From the NCBI RefSeq assembly GCF_009914755.1, contig NC_060944.1: a stretch of DNA of 64,000 nt; one strand, given 5' to 3'. This document shows positions 52,201 through 64,000 of this stretch, in pieces. A program made the position numbers and the translations under genes. How positions within the stretch are numbered: position 1 is the stretch's first letter; every line of letters starts with the position of its first letter. Source of the DNA: the human T2T-CHM13v2.0 reference genome, Homo sapiens. The notes under the pieces are model-generated. The model worked only from the letters and a program-made list of their open reading frames with translations. It was not told where the DNA came from and searched no databases.

Positions 52201-55200
52201 AAAAACTAGACAGAAGCATTCTCAGAAACTTGTTTGTGATGTGTGCCCTCTACTGACAGAGTTGAACCTTTCTTTGCAAAGAGCAGTTTTGAAACACTCT
52301 TTTTGTAGAATCTGCAAGAGGATATTTGGATAGCTTTGAGGATTTCTTGGGAAACGGGAATGTCTTCAGATAAACTCTAGACAGAAGCATTCTCAGAAAC
52401 TTCTTTGGGATGTTTCAATTGAAGTCACAGTGTTGAACATTCCCTTTCACAGAGCAGGTTTGAAACACTCTTTTTGTAGTGTCTATAAGTGAACATTTGG
52501 CGTGCTTTCAGGCCTAACGTGAAAAAGGAAATATCTTCCCATAAAAGCTAGACAGAAGCATTCTCAGAAACTTGTTCGTGATGTGTGCCCTCTACTGACA
52601 GAGTTGAACCTTTCTTTGCAAAGAGCAGCTTTGAAACACTCTTTTTGTAGAATCTGCAAGAGGATATTTGGATAGCTTTGAGGATTTCGTTGGAAACGGG
52701 TATGTCTTCAGATAAACTCTAGACAGAAGCATTCTCAGAAACTTCTTTGGGATGTTGCATTCAAGTCACAGAGTAGAACATTCCCATTCATAGAGCAGAT
52801 TTGAAACACTCTTTTTGTAGTATCTGGAAGTGGACATTTGGAGCGCTTTCAGGCCTATGTTGAAAAAGGAAATATCTTCCCATAAAAACTAGACGGAAGC
52901 ATTCTCAGAAACTTACTTGTGATGTGTTTGCTCAACTAACAGAATTGAACCATCGTTTTGAAGGAGCAGTTTTGAAACACTGTTTTCGTGGAATCTGCAA
53001 GTGGATATTTGGCTAGCTTTGAGGATTTCGTTGGAAACGGGATTACATATAAAAAGGAGACAGCAGCATTCTCAGAAACTTCTTTGTGATGTCTGCATTC
53101 AATTCACAGAGTTGAGCATTCCCTTTCATAGAGCAGGTTGGAAACACTCTTTTTGTAGTATCTGGATGAGGACATTTGGAGCGCTTTCAGGCGTATGGTG
53201 AAAAAGGAAATATCTTCCCGTAAAAACTAGACAGAAGCATTCTCAGAAGTTTATTTGTGATGTGTGCCCTCAACTAACAGAGTTGAACCTTTCTTTTGAT
53301 AGAGCAGTTTTGAAACACTCTTTTTGTAAAATCTGCAAGAGGATATTTGGATAGCTTTGAGGATTTCGTTGCAAACGGGAATGGCTTCATATAAACTCTA
53401 GACAGAAGCATTCTCAGAAACTTCGTTGGGATGTTTCGATTGAAGTCCCAGTGTTGAACATTCCCTTTTATAGAGCAGGTTGGAAACACTCTTTCTGCAT
53501 TCCCTGGAAGTGGACATTTGGAGCGCTTTCAGGACGACGGTGAAAATGGAAATATCTTCCAAGAAAATCTAGATAGAAGCAACGTCAGAAACTTTTATGT
53601 GATGGATCTACTCAGCTAACAGAGTTGAACCTTTCTTTTGAGAGAGCAGTTTTGCAACACTCTTTTTGTGGAATATGCAAGTGGATATTAGGGCAGCTTT
53701 GAGGATTTCGTTGGAAACGGGAATACATGTAAAAAGCAGACAGCAGCATTCTCAGAAACTTCTTTGTGATGTTTGCATTGAAGTCACAGAGTTGAACATT
53801 CCCTTTGAGAGAGCAGGTTTGAAACGCGCGTTTTGTCATATCTGGAAGTGTCCATTCGGAGCGCATTCAGGCTTGTGTTGAAAAAGGAAATATCCTCCCA
53901 TAAAAACTAGACAGAAGCATTCTCAGAAACTTATCTGTGATGTATGTACTCAACTAACAGAACTAAACCATCGTTTTGAAGGAGCAGTTTTGAAACACTC
54001 TTTTTGCGGAATCTGCAAGTGGATATTTGGCTAGCTGGGAGGATTTCGTTGGAAACGGGATTACATACAAAAAGCAGACAGCAGCATTCTCAGAAACTTC
54101 TTTGTGATGTTTGCATTCAAGTCACAGAGTTGAACATTCCCTTTCATAGAGCAGGTTTGAAACACTCTTTTTGTAGTATCTGGATGTGGACATTTGGATC
54201 GCTTTCAGGCCTATGGTGAAAAAGGAAATATCTTCCCATGAAAACTAGACAGAAGCATTCTCAGAAACTTATTTGTGATGTGTGCCCTCAACTGACAGTG
54301 TTGAACCTTTGTTTTGATAGAGCAGTTCTGAAACACACTTTTTGTAATATCTGCAAGAGGATATTTGGATAGCTTTGAGGATTTCGTTGGAAACGGGAAT
54401 GTCTTCATGTAAACTCTAGACAGAAGCATTCTCAGAAACTGCTTTGGGATGTTTCAATTGAAGTCCCAGTGTTGAACATTCCCTTTCATAGAGCAGGTTT
54501 GAAACACTCTTTTTGTACTATCTGGAAGTGGACATTTGGAGCGCTTTCAGGTCTACGGTGAAAAAGGAGATATCTTCCAATAAAAACTAGATAGAAGCAA
54601 TGTCAGAACTTTTTTCATGATGTATCTACTCAGCAAACAGAGTTGAACCTTTCTTTTGAGAGAGCAGTTTTGAAACACTCTTTTTGTGGAATATGCAAGT
54701 GGGTATTAGGCCAGCTTGGAGGATTTCGTTGGAAACGGGAATACGTATAAAAAGCAGACAGCAGCATTGTCAGAAACTACTTTGTGATGTTTGCATTCAA
54801 GTCACAGAATTGAACACTCCCTTTCACAGAGCAGGTTTGAAACACTCTTTTTGTAGTGTCTGTAAGTGAACATTTGGATTGCTTTCAGGCCTAAGGTGAA
54901 AAAGGATATATCTTCCCATAAAAACTAGACAGAAGCATTCTCAGAAACTTGTTTGTGATGTGTGCCCTCTACTGACAGAGTTGAACCTTTCTTTGTAAAG
55001 AGCAGTTTTGAAACACTCTTTTTGTAGAATCTGCAAGAGGATATTTGGATAGCTTTGAGGATTTCTTGGGAAACGGGAATGTCTTCAGATAAACTCTAGA
55101 CAGAAGCATTCTCAGAAACTTCGTTGGGATGTTTCAATGGAAGTCACAGTGTTGAACATTCCCTTTCACAGAGCAGGTTTGAAACACTCTTTTTGTAGTG

Positions 55201-58200
55201 TCTATAAGTGAACATTTGGCGTGCTTTCAGGCCTAACGTGAAAAAGGAAATATCTTCCCATAAAAACTAGACAGAAGCATTCTCAGAAACTTGTTCGTGA
55301 TGTGTGCCCTCTACTGACAGAGTTGAACCTTTCTTTGCAAAGAGCAGCTTTGAAACACTCTTTTTGTAGAATCTGCAAGAGGATATTTGGATAGCTTTGA
55401 GGATTTCGTTGGAAACGGGTATGTCTTAAGATAAACTCTAGACAGAAGCATTCTCAGAAACTTCTTTGGGATGTTGCATACAAGTCACAGAGTAGAACAT
55501 TCCCATTCATAGAGCAGATTTGAAACACTCTTTTTGTAGTATCTGGAAGTGGACATTTGGAGCGCTTTCAGGCCTATGTTGAAAAAGGAAATATCTTCCC
55601 ATAAAAACTAGACGGAAGCATTCTCAGAAACTTACTTGTGATGTGTTTGCTCAACTAACAGAATTGAACCATCGTTTTGAAGGAGCAGTTTTGAAACACT
55701 GTTTTCGTGGAATCTGCAAGTGGATATTTGGCTAGCTTTGAGGATTTCGTTGGAAACGGGATTACATATAAAAAGGAGACAGCAGCATTCTCAGAAACTT
55801 CTTTGTGATGTCTGCATTCAATTCACAGTGTTGAGCATTCCCTTTCATAGAGCAGGTTGGAAACACTCTTTTTGTAGTATCTGGATGAGGACATTTGGAG
55901 CGCTTTCAGGCCTATGGTGAAAAAGGAAATATCTTCCCGTAAAAACTAGACAGAAGCATTCTCAGAAGTTTATTTGTGATGTGTGCCCTCAACTAACAGA
56001 GTTGAACCTTTCTTTTGATAGAGCAGTTTTGAAACACTCTTTTTGTAAAATCTGCAAGAGGATATTTGGATAGCTTTGAGGATTTCATTGCAAACGGGAA
56101 TGGCTTCATATAAACTCTAGACAGAAGCATTCTCAGAAACTTCTTTGGGATGTTTCGATTGAAGTCCCAGTGTTGAACATTCCCTTTTATAGAGCAGGTT
56201 GGAAACACTCTTTCTGCATTCCCTGGAAGTGGACATTTGGAGCGCTTTCAGGACGACGGTGAAAATGGAAATATCTTCCAATAAAATCTAGATAGAAGCA
56301 ACGTCAGAAACTTTTATGTGATGGATCTACTCAGCTAAGAGAGTTGAACCTTTCTTTTGAGAGAGCAGTTTTGCAACACTCTTTTTGTGGAATATGCAAG
56401 TGGATATTAGGGCAGCTTTGAGGATTTCGTTGGAAACGGGAATACATGTAAAAAGCAGACAGCAGCATTCTCAGAAACTTCTTTGTGATGTTTGCATTGA
56501 AGTCACAGAGTTGAACATTCCCTTTGAGAGAGCAGGTTTGAAACACGCCTTTTGTCATATCTGGAAGTGTCCATTCGGAGCGCATTCAGGCTTGTGTTGA
56601 AAAAGGAAATATCCTCCCATAAAAACTATACAGAAGCATTCTCAGAAACATATTTGTGATGTATGTACTCAACTAACGGAACTAAACCATCGTTTTGAAG
56701 GAGCAGTTTTGAAACACTGTTTTTGCGGAATCTGCAAGTGGATATTTGGCTAGCTGGGAGGATTTCGTTGGAAACCGGATTACATACAAAAAGCAGAGAG
56801 CAGCATTCTCAGAAACTTCTTTGTGATGTTTGCATTCAAGTCACAGAGTTGAACATTCCCTTTCATAGAGCAGGTTTGAAACACTCTTTTTGTAGTATCT
56901 GGATGTGGACATTTGGATCGCTTTCAGGCCTATGGTGAAAAAGGAAATATCTTCCCATGAAAACTAGACAGAAGCATTCTCAGAAACTTATTTGTGATGT
57001 GTGCCCTCAACTGACAGTGTTGAACCTTTGTTTTGATAGAGCAGTTCTGAAACACACTTTTTGTAATATCTGCAAGAGGATATTTGGATAGCTTTGAGGA
57101 TTTCGTTGGAAACGGGAATGTCTTCATGTAAACTCTAGACAGAAGCATTCTCAGAAACTGCTTTGGGATGTTTCAATTGAAGTCCCAGTGTTGAACATTC
57201 CCTTTCATAGAGCAGGTTTGAAACACTCTTTTTGTACTATCTGGAAGTGGACATTTGGAGCGCTTTCAGGTCTACGGTGAAAAAGGAGATATCTTCCAAT
57301 AAAAACTAGATAGAAGCAATGTCAGAACTTTTTTCATGATGTATCTACTCAGCAAACAGAGTTGAACCTTTCTTTTGAGAGAGCAGTTTTGAAACACTCT
57401 TTTTGTGGAATATGCAAGTGGGTATTAGGCCGGCTTGGAGGATTTCGTTGGAAACGGGAATACGTATAAAAAGCAGACAGCAGCATTGTCAGAAACTACT
57501 TTGTGATGTTTGCATTCAAGTCACAGAATTGAACACTCCCTTTCACAGAGCAGGTTTGAAACACTCTTTTTGTAGTGTCTGTAAGTGAACATTTGGATTG
57601 CTTTCAGGCCTAAGGTGAAAAAGGAAATATCTTCCCATAAAAACTAGACAGAAGCATTCTCAGAAACTTGTTTGTGATGTGTGCCCTCTACTGACAGAGT
57701 TGAACCTTTCTTTGCAAAGAGCAGTTTTGAAACACTCTTTTTGTAGAATCTGCAAGAGGATATTTGGATAGCTTTGAGGATTTCTTGGGAAACGGGAATG
57801 TCTTCAGATAAACTCTAGACAGAAGCATTCTCAGAAACTTCTTTGGGATGTTTCAATTGAAGTCACAGTGTTGAACATTCCCTTTCACAGAGCAGGTTTG
57901 AAACACTCTTTTTGTAGTGTCTATAAGTGAACATTTGGCGGGCTTTCAGGCCTAAGGTGAAAAAGGAAATATCTTCCCATAAAAACTAGACAGAAGCATT
58001 CTCAGAAACTTGTTTGTGATGTGTGCCCTCTACTGACAGAGTTGAACCTTTCTTTGCAAAGAGCAGCTTTGAAACACTCTTTTTGTAGAATCTGCAAGAG
58101 GATATTTGGATAGCTTTGAGGATTTCGTTGGAAACGGGTATATCTTCAGATAAACTCTAGACAGAAGCATTCTCAGAAACTTCTTTGGGATGTTGCATTC

Positions 58201-61200
58201 AAGTCACAGAGTAGAACATTCCCATTCATAGAGCAGATTTGAAACACTCTTTTTGTAGTATCTGGAAGTGGACATTTGGAGCGCTTTCAGGCCTATGTTG
58301 AAAAAGGAAATATCTTCCCATAAAAACTAGACGGAAGCATTCTCAGAAACTTACTTGTGATGTGTTTGCTCAACTAACAGAATTGAACCATCGTTTTGAA
58401 GGAGCAGTTTTGAAACACTGTTTTCGTGGAATCTGCAAGTGGATATTTGGCTAGCTTTGAGGATTTCGTTGGAAACGGGATTACATATAAAAAGGAGACA
58501 GCAGCATTCTCAGAAACTTCTTTGTGATGTCTGCATTCAATTCACAGTGTTGAGCATTCCCTTTCATAGAGCAGGTTGGAAACACTCTTTTTGTAGTATC
58601 TGGATGAGGACATTTGGAGCGCTTTCAGGCCTATGGTGAAAAAGGAAATATCTTCCCGTAAAAACTAGACAGAAGCATTCTCAGAAGTTTATTTGTGATG
58701 TGTGCCCTCAACTAACAGAGTTGAACCTTTCTTTTGATAGAGCAGTTTTGAAACACTCTTTTTGTAAAATCTGCAAGAGGATATTTGGATAGCTTTGAGG
58801 ATTTCATTGCAAACGGGAATGGCTTCATATAAACTCTAGACAGAAGCATTCTCAGAAACTTCTTTGGGATGTTTCGATTGAAGTCCCAGTGTTGAACATT
58901 CCCTTTTATAGAGCAGGTTGGAAACACTCTTTCTGCATTCCCTGGAAGTGGACATTTGGAGCGCTTTCAGGACGACGGTGAAAATGGAAATATCTTCCAA
59001 TAAAATCTAGATAGAAGCAACGTCAGAAACTTTTATGTGATGGATCTACTCAGCTAACAGAGTTGAACCTTTCTATTGAGAGAGCAGTTTTGCAACACTC
59101 TTTTTGTGGAATATGCAAGTGGATATTAGGGCAGCTTTGAGGATTTCGTTGGAAACGGGAATACATGTAAAAAGCAGACAGCAGCATTCTCAGAAACTTC
59201 TTTGTGATGTTTGCATTGAAGTCACAGAGTTGAACATTCCCTTTGAGAGAGCAGGTTTGAAACACGCCTTTTGTCATATCTGGAAGTGTCCATTCGGAGC
59301 GCATTCAGGCTTGTGTTGAAAAAGGAAATATCCTCCCATAAAAACTATACAGAAGCATTCTCAGAAACATATTTGTGATGTATGTACTCAACTAACGGAA
59401 CTAAACCATCGTTTTGAAGGAGCAGTTTTGAAACACTGTTTTTGCGGAATCTGCAAGTGGATATTTGGCTAGCTGGGAGGATTTCGTTGGAAACCGGATT
59501 ACATACAAAAAGCAGAGAGCAGCATTCTCAGAAACTTCTTTGTGATGTTTGCATTCAAGTCACAGAGTTGAACATTCCCTTTCATAGAGCAGGTTTGAAA
59601 CACTCTTTTTGTAGTATCTGGATGTGGACATTTGGATCGCTTTCAGGCCTATGGTGAAAAAGGAAATATCTTCCCATGAAAACTAGACAGAAGCATTCTC
59701 AGAAACTTATTTGTGATGTGTGCCCTCAACTGACAGTGTTGAACCTTTGTTTTGATAGAGCAGTTCTGAAACACACTTTTTGTAATATCTGCAAGAGGAT
59801 ATTTGGATAGCTTTGAGGATTTCGTTGGAAACGGGAATGTCTTCATGTAAACTCTAGACAGAAGCATTCTCAGAAACTGCTTTGGGATGTTTCAATTGAA
59901 GTCCCAGTGTTGAACATTCCCTTTCATAGAGCAGGTTTGAAACACTCTTTTTGTACTATCTGGAAGTGGACATTTGGAGCGCTTTCAGGTCTACGGTGAA
60001 AAAGGAGATATCTTCCAATAAAAACTAGATAGAAGCAATGTCAGAACTTTTTTCATGATGTATCTACTCAGCAAACAGAGTTGAACCTTTCTTTTGAGAG
60101 AGCAGTTTTGAAACACTCTTTTTGTGGAATATGCAAGTGGGTATTAGGCCAGCTTGGAGGATTTCGTTGGAAACGGGAATACGTATAAAAAGCAGACAGC
60201 AGCATTGTCAGAAACTACTTTGTGATGTTTGCATTCAAGTCACAGAATTGAACACTCCCTTTCACAGAGCAGGTTTGAAACACTCTTTTTGTAGTGTCTG
60301 TAAGTGAACATTTGGATTGCTTTCAGGCCTAAGGTGAAAAAGGAAATATCTTCCCATAAAAACTAGACAGAAGCATTCTCAGAAACTTGTTTGTGATGTG
60401 TGCCCTCTACTGACAGAGTTGAACCTTTCTTTGCAAAGAGCAGTTTTGAAACACTCTTTTTGTAGAATCTGCAAGAGGATATTTGGATAGCTTTGAGGAT
60501 TTCTTGGGAAACGGGAATGTCTTCAGATAAACTCTAGACAGAAGCATTCTCAGAAACTTCTTTGGGATGTTTCAATTGAAGTCACAGTGTTGAACATTCC
60601 CTTTCACAGAGCAGGTTTGAAACACTCTTTTTGTAGTGTCTATAAGTGAACATTTGGCGTGCTTTCAGGCCTAACGTGAAAAAGGAAATATCTTCCCATA
60701 AAAGCTAGACAGAAGCATTCTCAGAAACTTGTTCGTGATGTGTGCCCTCTACTGACAGAGTTGAACCTTTCTTTGCAAAGAGCAGCTTTGAAACACTCTT
60801 TTTGTAGAATCTGCAAGAGGATATTTGGATAGCTTTGAGGATTTCGTTGGAAACGGGTATGTCTTCAGATAAACTCTAGACAGAAGCATTCTCAGAAACT
60901 TCTTTGGGATGTTGCATTCAAGTCACAGAGTAGAACATTCCCATTCATAGAGCAGATTTGAAACACTCTTTTTGTAGTATCTGGAAGTGGACATTTGGAG
61001 CGCTTTCAGGCCTATGTTGAAAAAGGAAATATCTTCCCATAAAAACTAGACGGAAGCATTCTCAGAAACTTACTTGTGATGTGTTTGCTCAACTAACAGA
61101 ATTGAACCATCGTTTTGAAGGAGCAGTTTTGAAACACTGTTTTCGTGGAATCTGCAAGTGGATATTTGGCTAGCTTTGAGGATTTCGTTGGAAACGGGAT

Positions 61201-64000
61201 TACATATAAAAAGGAGACAGCAGCATTCTCAGAAACTTCTTTGTGATGTCTGCATTCAATTCACAGAGTTGAGCATTCCCTTTCATAGAGCAGGTTGGAA
61301 ACACTCTTTTTGTAGTATCTGGATGAGGACATTTGGAGCGCTTTCAGGCGTATGGTGAAAAAGGAAATATCTTCCCGTAAAAACTAGACAGAAGCATTCT
61401 CAGAAGTTTATTTGTGATGTGTGCCCTCAACTAACAGAGTTGAACCTTTCTTTTGATAGAGCAGTTTTGAAACACTCTTTTTGTAAAATCTGCAAGAGGA
61501 TATTTGGATAGCTTTGAGGATTTCGTTGCAAACGGGAATGGCTTCATATAAACTCTAGACAGAAGCATTCTCAGAAACTTCGTTGGGATGTTTCGATTGA
61601 AGTCCCAGTGTTGAACATTCCCTTTTATAGAGCAGGTTGGAAACACTCTTTCTGCATTCCCTGGAAGTGGACATTTGGAGCGCTTTCAGGACGACGGTGA
61701 AAATGGAAATATCTTCCAAGAAAATCTAGATAGAAGCAATGTCAGAAACTTTTATGTGATGGATCTACTCAGCTAACAGAGTTGAACCTTTCTTTTGAGA
61801 GAGCAGTTTTGCAACACTCTTTTTGTGGAATATGCAAGTGGATATTAGGGCAGCTTTGAGGATTTCGTTGGAAACGGGAATACATGTAAAAAGCAGACAG
61901 CAGCATTCTCAGAAACTTCTTTGTGATGTTTGCATTGAAGTCACAGAGTTGAACATTCCCTTTGAGAGAGCAGGTTTGAAACGCGCGTTTTGTCATATCT
62001 GGAAGTGTCCATTCGGAGCGCATTCAGGCTTGTGTTGAAAAAGGAAATATCCTCCCATAAAAACTAGACAGAAGCATTCTCAGAAACTTATCTGTGATGT
62101 ATGTACTCAACTAACAGAACTAAACCATCGTTTTGAAGGAGCAGTTTTGAAACACTCTTTTTGCGGAATCTGCAAGTGGATATTTGGCTAGCTGGGAGGA
62201 TTTCGTTGGAAACGGGATTACATACAAAAAGCAGACAGCAGCATTCTCAGAAACTTCTTTGTGATGTTTGCATTCAAGTCACAGAGTTGAACATTCCCTT
62301 TCATAGAGCAGGTTTGAAACACTCTTTTTGTAGTATCTGGATGTGGACATTTGGATCGCTTTCAGGCCTATGGTGAAAAAGGAAATATCTTCCCATGAAA
62401 ACTAGACAGAAGCATTCTCAGAAACTTATTTGTGATGTGTGCCCTCAACTGACAGTGTTGAACCTTTGTTTTGATAGAGCAGTTCTGAAACACACTTTTT
62501 GTAATATCTGCAAGAGGATATTTGGATAGCTTTGAGGATTTCGTTGGAAACGGGAATGTCTTCATGTAAACTCTAGACAGAAGCATTCTCAGAAACTGCT
62601 TTGGGATGTTTCAATTGAAGTCCCAGTGTTGAACATTCCCTTTCATAGAGCAGGTTTGAAACACTCTTTTTGTACTATCTGGAAGTGGACATTTGGAGCG
62701 CTTTCAGGTCTACGGTGAAAAAGGAGATATCTTCCAATAAAAACTAGATAGAAGCAATGTCAGAACTTTTTTCATGATGTATCTACTCAGCAAACAGAGT
62801 TGAACCTTTCTTTTGAGAGAGCAGTTTTGAAACACTCTTTTTGTGGAATATGCAAGTGGGTATTAGGCCAGCTTGGAGGATTTCGTTGGAAACGGGAATA
62901 CGTATAAAAAGCAGACAGCAGCATTGTCAGAAACTACTTTGTGATGTTTGCATTCAAGTCACAGAATTGAACACTCCCTTTCACAGAGCAGGTTTGAAAC
63001 ACTCTTTTTGTAGTGTCTGTAAGTGAACATTTGGATTGCTTTCAGGCCTAAGGTGAAAAAGGATATATCTTCCCATAAAAACTAGACAGAAGCATTCTCA
63101 GAAACTTGTTTGTGATGTGTGCCCTCTACTGACAGAGTTGAACCTTTCTTTGTAAAGAGCAGTTTTGAAACACTCTTTTTGTAGAATCTGCAAGAGGATA
63201 TTTGGATAGCTTTGAGGATTTCTTGGGAAACGGGAATGTCTTCAGATAAACTCTAGACAGAAGCATTCTCAGAAACTTCGTTGGGATGTTTCAATGGAAG
63301 TCACAGTGTTGAACATTCCCTTTCACAGAGCAGGTTTGAAACACTCTTTTTGTAGTGTCTATAAGTGAACATTTGGCGTGCTTTCAGGCCTAACGTGAAA
63401 AAGGAAATATCTTCCCATAAAAACTAGACAGAAGCATTCTCAGAAACTTGTTCGTGATGTGTGCCCTCTACTGACAGAGTTGAACCTTTCTTTGCAAAGA
63501 GCAGCTTTGAAACACTCTTTTTGTAGAATCTGCAAGAGGATATTTGGATAGCTTTGAGGATTTCGTTGGAAACGGGTATGTCTTAAGATAAACTCTAGAC
63601 AGAAGCATTCTCAGAAACTTCTTTGGGATGTTGCATACAAGTCACAGAGTAGAACATTCCCATTCATAGAGCAGATTTGAAACACTCTTTTTGTAGTATC
63701 TGGAAGTGGACATTTGGAGCGCTTTCAGGCCTATGTTGAAAAAGGAAATATCTTCCCATAAAAACTAGACCGAAGCATTCTCAGAAACTTACTTGTGATG
63801 TGTTTGCTCAACTAACAGAATTGAACCATCGTTTTGAAGGAGCAGTTTTGAAACACTGTTTTCGTGGAATCTGCAAGTGGATATTTGGCTAGCTTTGAGG
63901 ATTTCGTTGGAAACGGGATTACATATAAAAAGGAGACAGCAGCATTCTCAGAAACTTCTTTGTGATGTCTGCATTCAAGTCACAGGGTTGAGCATTCCCT
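43209..64000 (+). repeat. Seven canonical 16-mer HOR copies plus a partial copy cut by the window end
   Basis: Monomer-a starts at 43209, 45928, 48647, 51366, 54085, 56804, 59523, 62242 (2,719 spacing). Confidence 0.97.

Larger units (their letters stand above)
1..64000 (+). repeat. Centromeric alpha satellite HOR array (dimeric, SF2-like), 2,719-bp 16-mer; probably human chr20 D20Z2 (S2C20H1L)
   Basis: ~171-bp monomers beginning CATTCTCAGAAAC throughout. TTTCGTTGGAAACGGGA or a variant occurs in every second monomer. The ORF track recurs every 2,719 bp (30, 2749, 5468, 8187...). Alpha satellite identity is certain; the chromosome assignment is recalled from the SF2-type sequence and 16-mer length (~0.75). 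Confidence 0.99.

Noticed and set aside
30-63026. About 170 short ORFs (61-95 aa) on both strands
   Set aside because: They recur with the satellite period, mostly open on TTG/GTG, resemble no protein family I recognise and are simply stop-free stretches of alpha satellite.
1-64000. CRISPR-like or other repeat-spacer system suggested by regularly spaced conserved motifs
   Set aside because: The sequence between motifs is itself homologous monomer sequence. There are no unique spacers, leader or cas-like genes.
1-64000. Identification as chr17 D17Z1 (also a ~2.7-kb 16-mer)
   Set aside because: D17Z1 is a pentameric SF3 array, whereas this one alternates strictly A/B with SF2-like monomers.
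1-64000. L1/Alu insertion, inversion or non-satellite island
   Set aside because: All inter-marker distances are accounted for by monomer arithmetic. I saw no poly-A tail, target-site duplication or reverse-strand monomer.
1-64000. Claim that this window is the kinetochore-forming (CENP-A/hypomethylated) domain
   Set aside because: Homogeneity and CENP-B boxes suggest a live array, but CENP-A position and methylation cannot be read from sequence.

Overview
The whole 64 kb is one uninterrupted, single-orientation array of centromeric alpha satellite DNA, about 377 monomers of ~171 bp. Monomers alternate A-type and B-type (CENP-B box position), and the basic unit is a highly homogeneous 2,719-bp 16-monomer higher-order repeat (HOR). 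Labelling monomers a-p from position 111, lengths are 171,171,171,167,171,171,171,171,170,167,171,171,171,167,171,167. The dimeric SF2-like monomers and 16-mer size best fit the live array of human chromosome 20 (D20Z2/S2C20H1L); this assignment is from recall, not a search. The window holds 19 complete 16-mers, three 14-mers with an extra 20-bp deletion (2,357 bp), two different 10-mers (1,697 and 1,701 bp) and partial units at both ends. Shared SNPs reveal nested multi-HOR duplications (offsets 10,877/13,596, 9,496 and 8,157 bp) and polymorphic loss of CENP-B boxes. I found no protein-coding gene, RNA gene, transposon, inversion or CRISPR array: every ORF in the track is a periodic by-product of the satellite. 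I see no evidence of a new gene-encoded system; the interesting signal is the array's structure and recombination history.
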